From an uncultured Candidatus Saccharibacteria bacterium (GTDB taxonomy: Bacteria; Patescibacteriota; Minisyncoccia; Phycocordibacterales; DATDWN01): a stretch of DNA of 64,000 bases. The stretch spans positions 77,378-141,377 of the forward strand of contig CAYRRP010000003.1 of NCBI GenBank assembly GCA_964426735.1, written 5' to 3'. Positions 35,540 to 43,749 of this stretch are shown piece after piece. A program made the translations under genes and the position numbers. The first letter of the stretch is position 1. The number at the start of each line of letters is the position of its first letter. The notes under the pieces are model-generated. The model had not been told where the DNA came from. It was given only the letters and a program-made list of their open reading frames with translations, and ran no database searches.

Positions 35540-36061
35540 TCACAAGGAGGGGACTTCTAGTGTCTGTACATCAAATGAAAGTGGATGTCCTGCAGGTGTA
35601 GAAAACACCGCACAGGGAACTGCCAGAAATTGATAGCTGCGCATTGGCGTGTAAACGGGGTCAGAATAAGCATGGTTAAATAAAACAACATAACGCACCT
35701 TTTCATAATCTACTTCCCTACCTACACCAACAGAAGATTGCATGAACTTTTTTTCCGCTTGATTAATCCATGTAGGAAAACTGATAGCAGTTCCTACATG
35801 AAAACCAATAACATCAAAAAGGAAGTATGGAACCGGATAGTTTGCTAAAAATGAGTCAAGTACATGATTTAGCATCCTTCCTTGAAACATCTCGACAGCA
35901 CGCTCTTTGGTGATAATTTTTGGACAATCTGATGTGAAGTATTCAGAAAAACCATTCTGATACAAACCTCTCAACAGTTTCACGTCACCCGAACACAAAA
36001 CAATCTTCAATGAACTCCTCGGTGGATCCTCTAAAACTTTTTTCCAATTTACATACATCAT
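35540..36061 (-). CDS. Hypothetical protein
   Basis: 174 aa from ATGATG at 36061, preceded by GAGGAGG 7 nt upstream. No recognisable motif. Confidence 0.6.
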   Translation of the reverse strand: MMYVNWKKVLEDPPRSSLKIVLCSGDVKLLRGLYQNGFSEYFTSDCPKIITKERAVEMFQGRMLNHVLDSFLANYPVPYFLFDVIGFHVGTAISFPTWINQAEKKFMQSSVGVGREVDYEKVRYVVLFNHAYSDPVYTPMRSYQFLAVPCAVFSTPAGHPLSFDVQTLEVPSL

Positions 36062-36153
36062 CACAACACCTCCTCGTCTAAATACTAAACTTATTGAATT
36101 AATTGTCAAAATTGTAATTTAGCACTTTTATGTTACACTAGTTGAGTATTATA

Positions 36154-36226
36154 CGGGGTGTGGTGTAACGGCTAACATGCTTGATTTGGGATCAAGTGAC
36201 TCCGGGTTCGAATCCCGGCACCCCGA
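36154..36226 (+). tRNA. tRNA-Pro (anticodon UGG)
   Basis: CGGGGTG...CTTGATTTGGGATCAAG...CCGGGTTCGAATCCCGGCACCCCGA. This is a 73-nt cloverleaf. Confidence 0.93.
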
Positions 36227-36247
36227 CAATAGATTTTCTAAATACAC

Positions 36248-36673
36248 CTAAAGTATTATATCTTCCAGCATCTTTACCCTACATACTCGTTTTTCTTGAT
36301 CCACATACACCGTAGCTACATCAAACTGCCACTCCGTATCATCTGAGACATTTTTATCAAGCAAATACGACTGTATAGTCCGAGCAAGCCTCTGGAGTTT
36401 CCATGGGTGCATATTATCCTCTGGCCGATACCTATTATTCGTTTCACGTGGCACATCTTCAAACTTTCTCGATACACTCTTCACCTCAACAAAGTGAATT
36501 TTTTTGTCCTTTATAGCTACCACATCCAATTCTCCCCACTTTTTTAAATAGTTACGATCAGTCACCTTAAAACCTTTTCTCTTAAGATACGTACACACCG
36601 CTTCTTCCCCAATTGCACCCAATATCTGTTTTTGGGTTTTAGTATGAACCTTCAATGCAGCTTTTTCTCTCAT
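36248..36673 (-). CDS. YraN-family (UPF0102) endonuclease-like protein
   Basis: GEEAVCTYLKRKGFKVTDRNY...GELDVVA...HFVEVKS. The start is set at ATG 36673 (TATACT lies 8 nt upstream). Confidence 0.8.
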   Translation of the reverse strand: MREKAALKVHTKTQKQILGAIGEEAVCTYLKRKGFKVTDRNYLKKWGELDVVAIKDKKIHFVEVKSVSRKFEDVPRETNNRYRPEDNMHPWKLQRLARTIQSYLLDKNVSDDTEWQFDVATVYVDQEKRVCRVKMLEDIIL

Positions 36674-36713
36674 ACATATATAGTATACAAGCTTAATCCT
36701 TTCACGTGTAACT

Positions 36714-36745
36714 ATATTATATGTTACATATGTAACATATAATAT
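36714..36745. repeat. 32-bp perfect AT-rich palindrome
   Basis: ATATTATATGTTACAT|ATGTAACATATAATAT, verified base by base. It lies upstream of the yraN-like gene. Confidence 0.95.
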
Positions 36746-36870
36746 TTGAGTAGGTACAGGAGGATTCGTAGTATAAAGTACACAATTTCCTTTGTATAAA
36801 GCCATTTTTGGAGACTTTTGGACACAAAGTCTTATACTTTGAAGCCTGTCAAAGACTGTCTCTAATACAC

Positions 36871-36891
36871 ATGTCCACAGACTTATCCACA
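36871..36891 (+). promoter_or_regulatory. DnaA-box-like sites (one consensus TTATCCACA plus an adjacent ATGTCCACA)
   Basis: TTATCCACA at 36883-36891 and ATGTCCACA at 36871-36879. A related TTGTCCCACA lies at 36936-36945. Confidence 0.4.
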
Positions 36892-37027
36892 GTTTTCAAC
36901 ATATTTTGTGTAAAACTGACTTTAATTTAAAGACTTTGTCCCACAGAATAGGGGTTTAATGGAGACAGTCCGTGATCAAATAGACAAAACTTGGCAAAAG
37001 CTAGAAAAAAGGTATGATACATATATT

Positions 37028-37101
37028 GCACCCGTAGCTCAATTGGATAGAGTATTTGTCTTCGGAACAAAGGGTTGCAGGTTCGAGTCCTGCCGGGTGC
37101 A
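37028..37101 (+). tRNA. tRNA-Arg (anticodon UCG)
   Basis: GCACCCGTAGCTCAATTGGATAGAGT...TTTGTCTTCGGAACAAA...GCAGGTTCGAGTCCTGCCGGGTGCA, 74 nt. A TTGGCA-16-TATGAT promoter lies upstream, and an A6TCCCAA/TTGGGAT6 terminator lies downstream. Confidence 0.95.
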
Positions 37102-37147
37102 CACGACAAAAAATCCCAACTGCTTGGGATTTTTTGCTACGTGTGCA

Positions 37148-37275
37148 CAACGGAGACATGTTTTTTCAGCAGAAAAAAAGGTCGAGTTGTGGACCGAAGG
37201 AAATTTCAATTCGACGGAATTGAAATTATCCGAAGTGTACAAGACAAAACCCTATGTATTTGAATTTCTCCCCAC
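37148..37275 (+). ncRNA. tRNA-flanking structured element, copy R6 (AT-shifted paralog)
   Basis: CGGAG (37151-37155). P3 is TTTTTTC[AGCA]GAAAAAA (37161-37178). GGTCGAG (37180-37186). P4 is AAATTTCAATTC[GACG]GAATTGAAATT (37201-37227). The tail is ATTTCTCCCCAC (37264-37275). Confidence 0.5.
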
Positions 37276-37296
37276 TTTGTGTAAAATGAAGGGGAA

Positions 37297-37367
37297 GCGG
37301 CTATGGTTTAGTGGTAGAACACGTCCTTGCCAAGGATGAGATTCGGGTTCGATTCCCGGTAGCCGCA
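37297..37367 (+). tRNA. tRNA-Gly (anticodon GCC)
   Basis: GCGGCTATGGTTTAGTGGTAGAACACGTCCTTGCCAAGGATGAGATTCGGGTTCGATTCCCGGTAGCCGCA, 71 nt. Confidence 0.95.
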
Positions 37368-37389
37368 CAGAAAAATCGGAGATTTTTAT

Positions 37390-37496
37390 CCGGGAATCGA
37401 AAGCCGGAGCGAGGGTTCCCGTCAGCAGACGGGACCGCGAGGCCGGGTCGGGAAATTTTACGAGTGGCGACGAGTAAAATATTCCTGACCGATTCC
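37390..37496 (+). ncRNA. tRNA-flanking structured element, copy R5
   Basis: CCGGGAATCGAAAGCCGGAGCGAGGG..CCCGTC[AGCA]GACGGG..GCGAGGCCGGGTCGGG..TTTTACGAGT[GGCG]ACGAGTAAAA..GACCGATTCC. The closing helix is GGAATCG/CGATTCC. Confidence 0.6.
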
Positions 37497-37545
37497 AGTG
37501 CCCATACTCATAAATAAGGCCTCCAAAAGCCTTAAAATCACTCAT

Positions 37546-39018
37546 ATGAATACAAACTTCACTATCCCTGTCGAAGTGTCACGTGTAACACAAACCCTCG
37601 AAAATGCCGGTTTTGAGGCTTTTTTGGTTGGTGGATGTGTACGAGATCTTATCCTCAACAAAAAACCAAAAGATTGGGATGTTACTACCAACGCAACACC
37701 TGAGCAAATCATTGCTTTGTTTCCACATACCTTTTACGAAAACAACTTTGGAACAGTTGGTGTTGTTTCAGATGAAACAGAAGATGACACTCTTAAAACT
37801 ATTGAAGTTACGCCATACCGTCTTGAATCAGAGTATTCTGACAATCGACGCCCAGACGCTGTTACTTTTTCACAAAATCTCACAGATGACTTAAGGCGAC
37901 GCGACTTCACCATTAACGCCCTTGCATACTCAGTATCTAAAGGACAACTCACTGATGTCTTTAATGGACAAGCTGATATTTCTGCTCAAACTATACAAAC
38001 AGTAGGGAATGCGGTCGAAAGACTCACTGAAGATGCCCTTCGTATCATGCGAGCAGTGCGGTTTCATGTGGAACTTGGCTTTATCCTTTCACGTGAAACG
38101 GAAAAAGCGGTACTTGAACACGGTCATTTACTACAAAACATCTCAAAGGAACGCATTCGTGACGAATTTACAAAGATTATTATGTCTCCGCAGCCAATGA
38201 ATGGCTTACTCATGCTGAAAAAGCTGAATTTACTTCAGTATATTGTACCAGAACTGGAAAAAACTATTGGGGTAGAGCAGAACCGGGCACATTCATACGA
38301 TGTATGGGAACATTTACTTCGAAGCCTCCAGACTGCAGCAGATAAGAACTGGCCTCTTGATATTAGACTTACCGCTTTATTTCACGATATTTCAAAACCT
38401 GAGACACGTCGATGGGGAAAAGAGCAGAATACGTGGACATTTTACGGTCATGAAGTAGTTGGTTCACGTGTAACACGGAAAATACTTACTGATTTGCGAT
38501 ATCCGAATAAACTAATTGATAAAGTGGTGACAATGGTGCGATGGCATATGTTTTTTTCTGACACAGAACAGATAAGCCTCTCTGCGGTCCGTAGAATGAT
38601 CGTAAATGTTGGACGAGAGAATATCTGGGATTTGATGAATGTACGCATCTGCGACCGTGTAGGAACTGGTAGACCCAAAGAAGATCCGTACCGCCTCCGC
38701 AAATACCATGCAATGATAGAGGAGGCTCTTCGTGACCCGATTACTGTAGGAATGTTGAAAATAGATGGTAAACGTTTAATCGATGTTACACAGGGAACAC
38801 CTGGTCCTAAAATAGGGTATACACTTCATGCATTACTCGAAGAGGTACTCGAAGATCCAACTAAAAACACTGTGGAATATTTAGAAAAACGCTCTGTTGA
38901 GCTCTATACTATGGATGAGATCGAATTAAAAAAGCTCGGTGAACAAGGTAAACAAACGAAAGAAGAAATAGATCAGCAGGAAATCTCAAAAATTCGTAAA
39001 GGACACAAAGTAAAGTAG
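37546..39018 (+). CDS. cca: CCA-adding enzyme / tRNA nucleotidyltransferase with HD domain
   Basis: GGCVRDLIL...DWDV, RRDFTINA, and an HD region (LFHDISKP). The start is set at ATG 37546 (TAAAAT lies 7 nt upstream). Confidence 0.9.
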   Translation: MNTNFTIPVEVSRVTQTLENAGFEAFLVGGCVRDLILNKKPKDWDVTTNATPEQIIALFPHTFYENNFGTVGVVSDETEDDTLKTIEVTPYRLESEYSDNRRPDAVTFSQNLTDDLRRRDFTINALAYSVSKGQLTDVFNGQADISAQTIQTVGNAVERLTEDALRIMRAVRFHVELGFILSRETEKAVLEHGHLLQNISKERIRDEFTKIIMSPQPMNGLLMLKKLNLLQYIVPELEKTIGVEQNRAHSYDVWEHLLRSLQTAADKNWPLDIRLTALFHDISKPETRRWGKEQNTWTFYGHEVVGSRVTRKILTDLRYPNKLIDKVVTMVRWHMFFSDTEQISLSAVRRMIVNVGRENIWDLMNVRICDRVGTGRPKEDPYRLRKYHAMIEEALRDPITVGMLKIDGKRLIDVTQGTPGPKIGYTLHALLEEVLEDPTKNTVEYLEKRSVELYTMDEIELKKLGEQGKQTKEEIDQQEISKIRKGHKVK

Positions 39019-39030
39019 TTCTGCAAATAA

Positions 39031-39139
39031 GTTAAACTGCTTCAGATGCTAGGCGCGAGAGAATTTGTGAGTGAGTTGTACTTGTCGTACGGTGAGCGAA
39101 CAAATTTGAATCGCAACAACGCAGATGGAGTAATTTAAC
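39031..39139. repeat. Imperfect-palindrome intergenic element (close copy of 40303-40409)
   Basis: GTTAAACTGCTTCAGATGCTAGGCGCGAGAG...TTGTAC-TTGTC-GTACGG...CAACGCAGATGGAGTAATTTAAC. Confidence 0.7.
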
Positions 39140-39497
39140 TTATTTAACAACAAAAAACCGCCCAAGGTGGCGTCATTTGTCGCAAAGACGGCTCACGGGC
39201 GGCTAAAGAAGTATTTCCCAGCAAGAATAAGGATTTGATAAATATCTCAATCTTAAAATATATAGTAGATAGTGTAGATATGTATATCTCTTGTCCTATC
39301 GAACCAAGAAACCTTCATGGGGGAGAACCTGCAGATTCTCAAATGTACAAACGCACAACTTTATGTGTAAAGAACTTTAAACGACAGAATTGTTTGTTTC
39401 TTTTTTGATGAAACTCTCGATCCTGTTCTGGAGTAACTATATCAGACAGATAAAAGTCATGTAAAGGACTATGCTGTGGATAACTTTGTCTTATTAA

Positions 39498-40268
39498 TTA
39501 TATAGCAATGTCCAATTGAAGAGGACAGTGGTCTGACCCTAAAATATCATTGTGTATAGTCATATTTTTCACATTTGAAAGAAGTGATGTGTCAACAAAA
39601 AAATAATCGATTCTCCATCCAACATTTCTACTTCGTGCAAATGTTTTCATATCCCAGTATGTGTATATATCTTTTGCATCAGGATTTTTTTCTCTCCATA
39701 CATCAACAAAATTATTTTGCACCACTTCATCAATCCATGCTCGTTCGATAGGGAGGAAGCCTGTATTTTTCTCATTTTCTTTTGGTCGAGCAAGATCAAC
39801 AGCGGTATGTGCAGTATTTACATCTCCACAGAAAATCACCTTCATACCTTTTTTACGAAGCTTAAGAATAAACACAAGAAAGTGTTTATAAAACTCGAGT
39901 TTATATGCAAGACGCTCTGGACCACCTCCTCCGTTAGGGAAATAGCAGTTCAGTAACACAAATTCATCAAAATACGCAACGATGAGACGCCCTTCTTGAT
40001 CCATTTCGGGAATACCCATACCATACTCGACTTTATTTGGTTCAATCTTTGAGTAAATAGCGACACCGCTGTACCCCTTACGTGTTTTTGAGGAATTAAA
40101 ATATGAAAAATACCCTAAAGGAGAGCGTACTTCATCTGGAAGTTGATGTGATTCTGATTTAGTTTCCTGTATACAAAAAATATCCGGACTTTGGTCAATA
40201 AGCCACTGAAACGCACCTTTTTTAAAAGATGCCCGTGCACCATTTACATTCCATGAGATTATTTTCAT
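39498..40268 (-). CDS. xthA: Exodeoxyribonuclease III
   Basis: 256 aa. It carries MKIISWNVNG, QETK, GDVNTAH and SDHCP. Confidence 0.93.
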   Translation of the reverse strand: MKIISWNVNGARASFKKGAFQWLIDQSPDIFCIQETKSESHQLPDEVRSPLGYFSYFNSSKTRKGYSGVAIYSKIEPNKVEYGMGIPEMDQEGRLIVAYFDEFVLLNCYFPNGGGGPERLAYKLEFYKHFLVFILKLRKKGMKVIFCGDVNTAHTAVDLARPKENEKNTGFLPIERAWIDEVVQNNFVDVWREKNPDAKDIYTYWDMKTFARSRNVGWRIDYFFVDTSLLSNVKNMTIHNDILGSDHCPLQLDIAI

Positions 40269-40302
40269 TACTAAAAGATATTACCACACCTTGAATGAAG
40301 AA

Positions 40303-40409
40303 GTTAAATTGCTCCAGATGCTAGGCGCGAGAAAATTTATGAGTGAACCGTACTTGTAGTACGGTGAATGAATAAATTTGAATCGTAACAACGCAGATGG
40401 AGTAATTTA
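40303..40409. repeat. Imperfect-palindrome intergenic element (close copy of 39031-39139)
   Basis: It is in the same orientation as 39031-39139. I counted 12 mismatches over about 107 aligned nt by hand. Its right end overlaps the stop codon of the recombinase gene. Confidence 0.7.
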
Positions 40410-41393
40410 CTTCTTTCCGTGAAATTTCTTGTGAATGTCACGCAGGTGCTTGTCGGTTACGTGTGTATAAATCTGGGTCGTAATAATGCTCGAATGACCC
40501 AACAAAGCCTGAACTGAGCGAATATCTGCTCCGTTTGAAAGTAAATCAGTCGCAAAGAGATGACGCATGGTGTGCGGTGTTACACGTTTTGAAATACCTG
40601 CTTTGATTGCATATTGTTTGATGATGCGCTCTATTGTCCGTTTGGTCAGGGGACTTGCTTCTTTACTAGTAATTTCTCGCCCTACCTGCACAAAAAGAGC
40701 ATCATTCATATCTTTACGGAGAGACAAGTACGCCTTGAGACAATTTTTTGCAGTATCTGAAAGAAATACTACTCGCACCTTTCCTCCTTTTCCTCGAATA
40801 GAAAGTTCATCGGAAGTCAGATCAATATCAGACGTGAGGGAACAGAGCTCAGAAACACGCAAACCTGTTGAAAATAATAATTCGAGAATTGCTTTGTCAC
40901 GAACTGTCTTCAAATCACTACCTTTAGGAGCATCGAGAAGGCGAGCGAGCTCATTTTCTGTAATAAGATCAAGAAGACGCTCTCCAGTTTTTGCAAGGTC
41001 GATACGCTCAGGCGCAAGAGAAGTGACACCTTCTCGAGCAAGAAACTTGAGAAACGCCCGGAGTGCAATCAGGTGATAGTTTTGAGTTTTTTTAGAAAGA
41101 GTATTTTTTTTGGCTTTATCAAGTCCTGAAAGTTGTCTGTTGAGCCACAAACGAAACTCTCGTACCACCATATCGGTGATATCTCCTGGTTTTGAAGCTT
41201 TTGTTTGCTCAAGAAAGCGTACAAGGTAATGTAAATAGTTTTGCCGAGTCTGGATAGATCGCCCTCTTTCTATTTCAAGATAGTTGAGAAAATCACGAAG
41301 AAAACGCCCTAAGGGGGTTTTCGGTATTCTTTCTTCTTCTGTCAAAGCAGGTTTGCGTTTAGACGTCTCTTTTTTAATCTTTTCCTCTGCCAT
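40407..41393 (-). CDS. Tyrosine recombinase, XerC/XerD-like
   Basis: 328 aa. It carries TGLRVSEL, HTMRHLFAT and LGHSSIITTQIYTHV (R-H-R-Y catalytic set). Confidence 0.9.
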   Translation of the reverse strand: MAEEKIKKETSKRKPALTEEERIPKTPLGRFLRDFLNYLEIERGRSIQTRQNYLHYLVRFLEQTKASKPGDITDMVVREFRLWLNRQLSGLDKAKKNTLSKKTQNYHLIALRAFLKFLAREGVTSLAPERIDLAKTGERLLDLITENELARLLDAPKGSDLKTVRDKAILELLFSTGLRVSELCSLTSDIDLTSDELSIRGKGGKVRVVFLSDTAKNCLKAYLSLRKDMNDALFVQVGREITSKEASPLTKRTIERIIKQYAIKAGISKRVTPHTMRHLFATDLLSNGADIRSVQALLGHSSIITTQIYTHVTDKHLRDIHKKFHGKK

Positions 41394-41492
41394 TTGTATA
41401 ATTCTAACATAGCTTCACGTCGCACAATAACAGAACAATCGCGCGCTAAAGCACTTGCATTATGGTTTTATTTGTGATATCTTATAAAAACA

Positions 41493-41759
41493 ATGTTAAC
41501 CAAGACAAAAAAGGCAAAAGTTATCGATACCGTGAAAATTCACGATACAGACACTGGATCTCCAGAGGTTCAGATTTCTATACTCTCAAAACGAATCGAC
41601 GAGCTTGCTTCACACCTCAAGAAAAACAATAAAGATAACCACTCACGACGTGGACTTCTCCAGATGGTGGCTGACCGAAAAGCTCACATGAAATACCTCG
41701 AGAAGAAATCTCCAAAACGATACGCTTCACTCATCAAAAAACTCGGTTTGAAAAAATAG
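41493..41759 (+). CDS. rpsO: 30S ribosomal protein S15
   Basis: 88 aa. It carries DTGSPEVQISILSKRIDELASHLKKNNKDNHSRRGLLQMV. Confidence 0.96.
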   Translation: MLTKTKKAKVIDTVKIHDTDTGSPEVQISILSKRIDELASHLKKNNKDNHSRRGLLQMVADRKAHMKYLEKKSPKRYASLIKKLGLKK

Positions 41760-41858
41760 CAAACAGAAAAACTACCCGAAAGGGTATTTTTCTTATGCTA
41801 TACTTAGTATGTTCCATTTTTTCATAAAGCATTGCAATTAATTTTTTAATACAAAAAC

Positions 41859-42455
41859 ATGTCAGTCATTAAACATAAAAATCAACGAGTCGGTATCTTC
41901 ATCGACACCCAAAATCTTTATCACACCGCTAAAAACCTCTATGGTTGCAAAGTAAATTTTGACCAAGTGGTCAAAGACGGTCTTGCAGGACGTTCTCTTA
42001 TCCGTGCTGTGGCATATGTCATCACCACTGAAGCAGGAGATGAAAAGGGTTTTTTTGATGCGCTTGAAAAAGTAGGTATCGAAACAAAAACAAAAAATCT
42101 CCAAATTTTCTCTGGCGGAGCAAAGAAAGGGGACTGGGATGTAGGGATGGCGGTAGATGCTATCAAGCTTGCACCAAAGCTTGATGCGGTAATCCTTGTT
42201 ACCGGAGACGGGGATTTTGTACCACTTGCAGAGTATCTCCGTACAAACCAAGGTTGTCAGGTAGAAGCAATCTCTTTTGGAAAATCTTCATCTTCAAAAC
42301 TTATTGAAGCTGTGGATGACTTTATCGATCTCGACACAAACCCAGCAAAATACCTGATCGGATATCGATCGAGACGACCTCATGCTCGAAATTTTCGTAA
42401 ACAATCCAGAGTAGACCAGGCGCCAGATCAATCAGTTGACAATCAGACTGAATAA
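41859..42455 (+). CDS. NYN-domain (LabA/DUF88-like) putative RNase
   Basis: VGIFIDTQNLYH, GDWDVGMAVDA and ILVTGDGDFVPL. Confidence 0.85.
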   Translation: MSVIKHKNQRVGIFIDTQNLYHTAKNLYGCKVNFDQVVKDGLAGRSLIRAVAYVITTEAGDEKGFFDALEKVGIETKTKNLQIFSGGAKKGDWDVGMAVDAIKLAPKLDAVILVTGDGDFVPLAEYLRTNQGCQVEAISFGKSSSSKLIEAVDDFIDLDTNPAKYLIGYRSRRPHARNFRKQSRVDQAPDQSVDNQTE

Positions 42456-42698
42456 TTCTATTCTAAGAACAGAGTCTTGTGTGTACTTCCGCATCCCCCC
42501 GACACATAAGAACACCTCATGAGGGGCCATAGGGCGGAGCCCCTCCTGCACTTATTCATATATTGTTTTTTAGACTGTCTCTATCTTCTCCAGTGGTGGA
42601 AATGTATCGAGATAGTCCTTATGAGGATCCATGCTCTGCACAGCATTGTATTGATCCTCTTTTTTTATATACAGAAATACTGATATACTTATATACAA

Positions 42699-43649
42699 AT
42701 GCCCCCTCTCCCTGACAACAAAAAAAATAGTTTGCAGTCTGTGGTTGACACGATTCAATCACAAATAAGCTCTTCTTCTAAAAACCAGCCGACACCGGGA
42801 TACATTCCAAACCCTCAATTAAAATCACTGCGAACATTTCAAGGTGATGTGCAGGAACATATCGAAACAAAAAAAGAAACAATAGCCACCATCGCACTAG
42901 CTGAACAGAAGAAGAAAATTGAACATAATGAACCTACATACACCGAACGCCCAACGCATTCTTTTACTGCAGGTATTTTGGTTACCATTAGTATTATTTT
43001 TCTTGCAGTAGGCGGAATGATTATAGGGGGAATATATTTTTTTAAAACCACCGCCGAACCCACCTCTTCTCTTACTACTGAACAAACAATAATCACATAC
43101 ACTGATAAAAAAGATGTTGTTCTTCCTGGAATAACACATGAATATTTGGCAGCAGCACTACGGAATGAAAAAACATCATTTACTACAGAAGTAGATCGTA
43201 TTCTCCATACAACTTTTTCATATGGAACAAGCAGTCTCACCACAACTGAGCTGATACCTCTTATCGCACCAAACGCGGGAGATGCATTGCAAAGAAATAT
43301 CACTTCTGTGATGGTTGGTGTCTACTCATATGACACTCATGAGGTATTTTTCTTATTACGTCCCGATGATTTTGGTATTGTATATTCTGGAATGTTGAAT
43401 TGGGAAAGTGCACTTGGAAATGATATGGCTGATTTTTTCCCAGCACTACAAAACCATCTCATCACAAACCCTTCAATCTTTACTGACGAAACATATAAAA
43501 ACAAAGATGTACGTGTAATCAAAGATACAAATGGAAATGTTGTTCTTCTGTATGGATTTATTGATAAAAACACACTCGTGATCACTGCTAATGAGAAAAT
43601 ATTTGAAGCTATTTTGAATCGCTACCTACAAAGTAAACTCTCTCGCTAG
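42699..43649 (+). CDS. Hypothetical single-pass membrane protein
   Basis: 316 aa with one TM helix (GILVTISIIFLAVGGMIIGGIYFF). Confidence 0.6.
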   Translation: MPPLPDNKKNSLQSVVDTIQSQISSSSKNQPTPGYIPNPQLKSLRTFQGDVQEHIETKKETIATIALAEQKKKIEHNEPTYTERPTHSFTAGILVTISIIFLAVGGMIIGGIYFFKTTAEPTSSLTTEQTIITYTDKKDVVLPGITHEYLAAALRNEKTSFTTEVDRILHTTFSYGTSSLTTTELIPLIAPNAGDALQRNITSVMVGVYSYDTHEVFFLLRPDDFGIVYSGMLNWESALGNDMADFFPALQNHLITNPSIFTDETYKNKDVRVIKDTNGNVVLLYGFIDKNTLVITANEKIFEAILNRYLQSKLSR

Positions 43650-43714
43650 TAAAAATTTATCAAGTTCGCAATGTTGAATGTACATACTTGATATATTTCT
43701 GACTTGATAGGCTT

Positions 43715-43749
43715 TTGACTTGATGGACTTGATGGACTATCATGTACAT
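43715..43749 (+). promoter_or_regulatory. Promoter TTGACT-17-TATCAT placed 6 nt before the ATG (leaderless geometry)
   Basis: TTGACT 43715-43720, TATCAT 43738-43743, ATG 43750. It is embedded in GACTTGATRG repeats. Confidence 0.55.

Noticed and set aside
36871-36945. Chromosomal replication origin (oriC).
   Set aside because: There is only one consensus DnaA box plus near-matches, and no dnaA or dnaN nearby. Skew cannot be computed reliably by eye, so the evidence is insufficient for an origin call.
36959-37545. ORFs 36959..37339 (+), 37075..37263 (+), 37252..37545 (-) and 37311..37517 (+).
   Set aside because: They run straight through tRNA-Arg, tRNA-Gly and the structured elements R5 and R6. 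They have no start signals and are spurious.
42570-42758. 62-aa minus-strand ORF overlapping the start of 42699..43649.
   Set aside because: It has no promoter or SD signals, it overlaps a better-supported gene start, and it has no recognisable motif.
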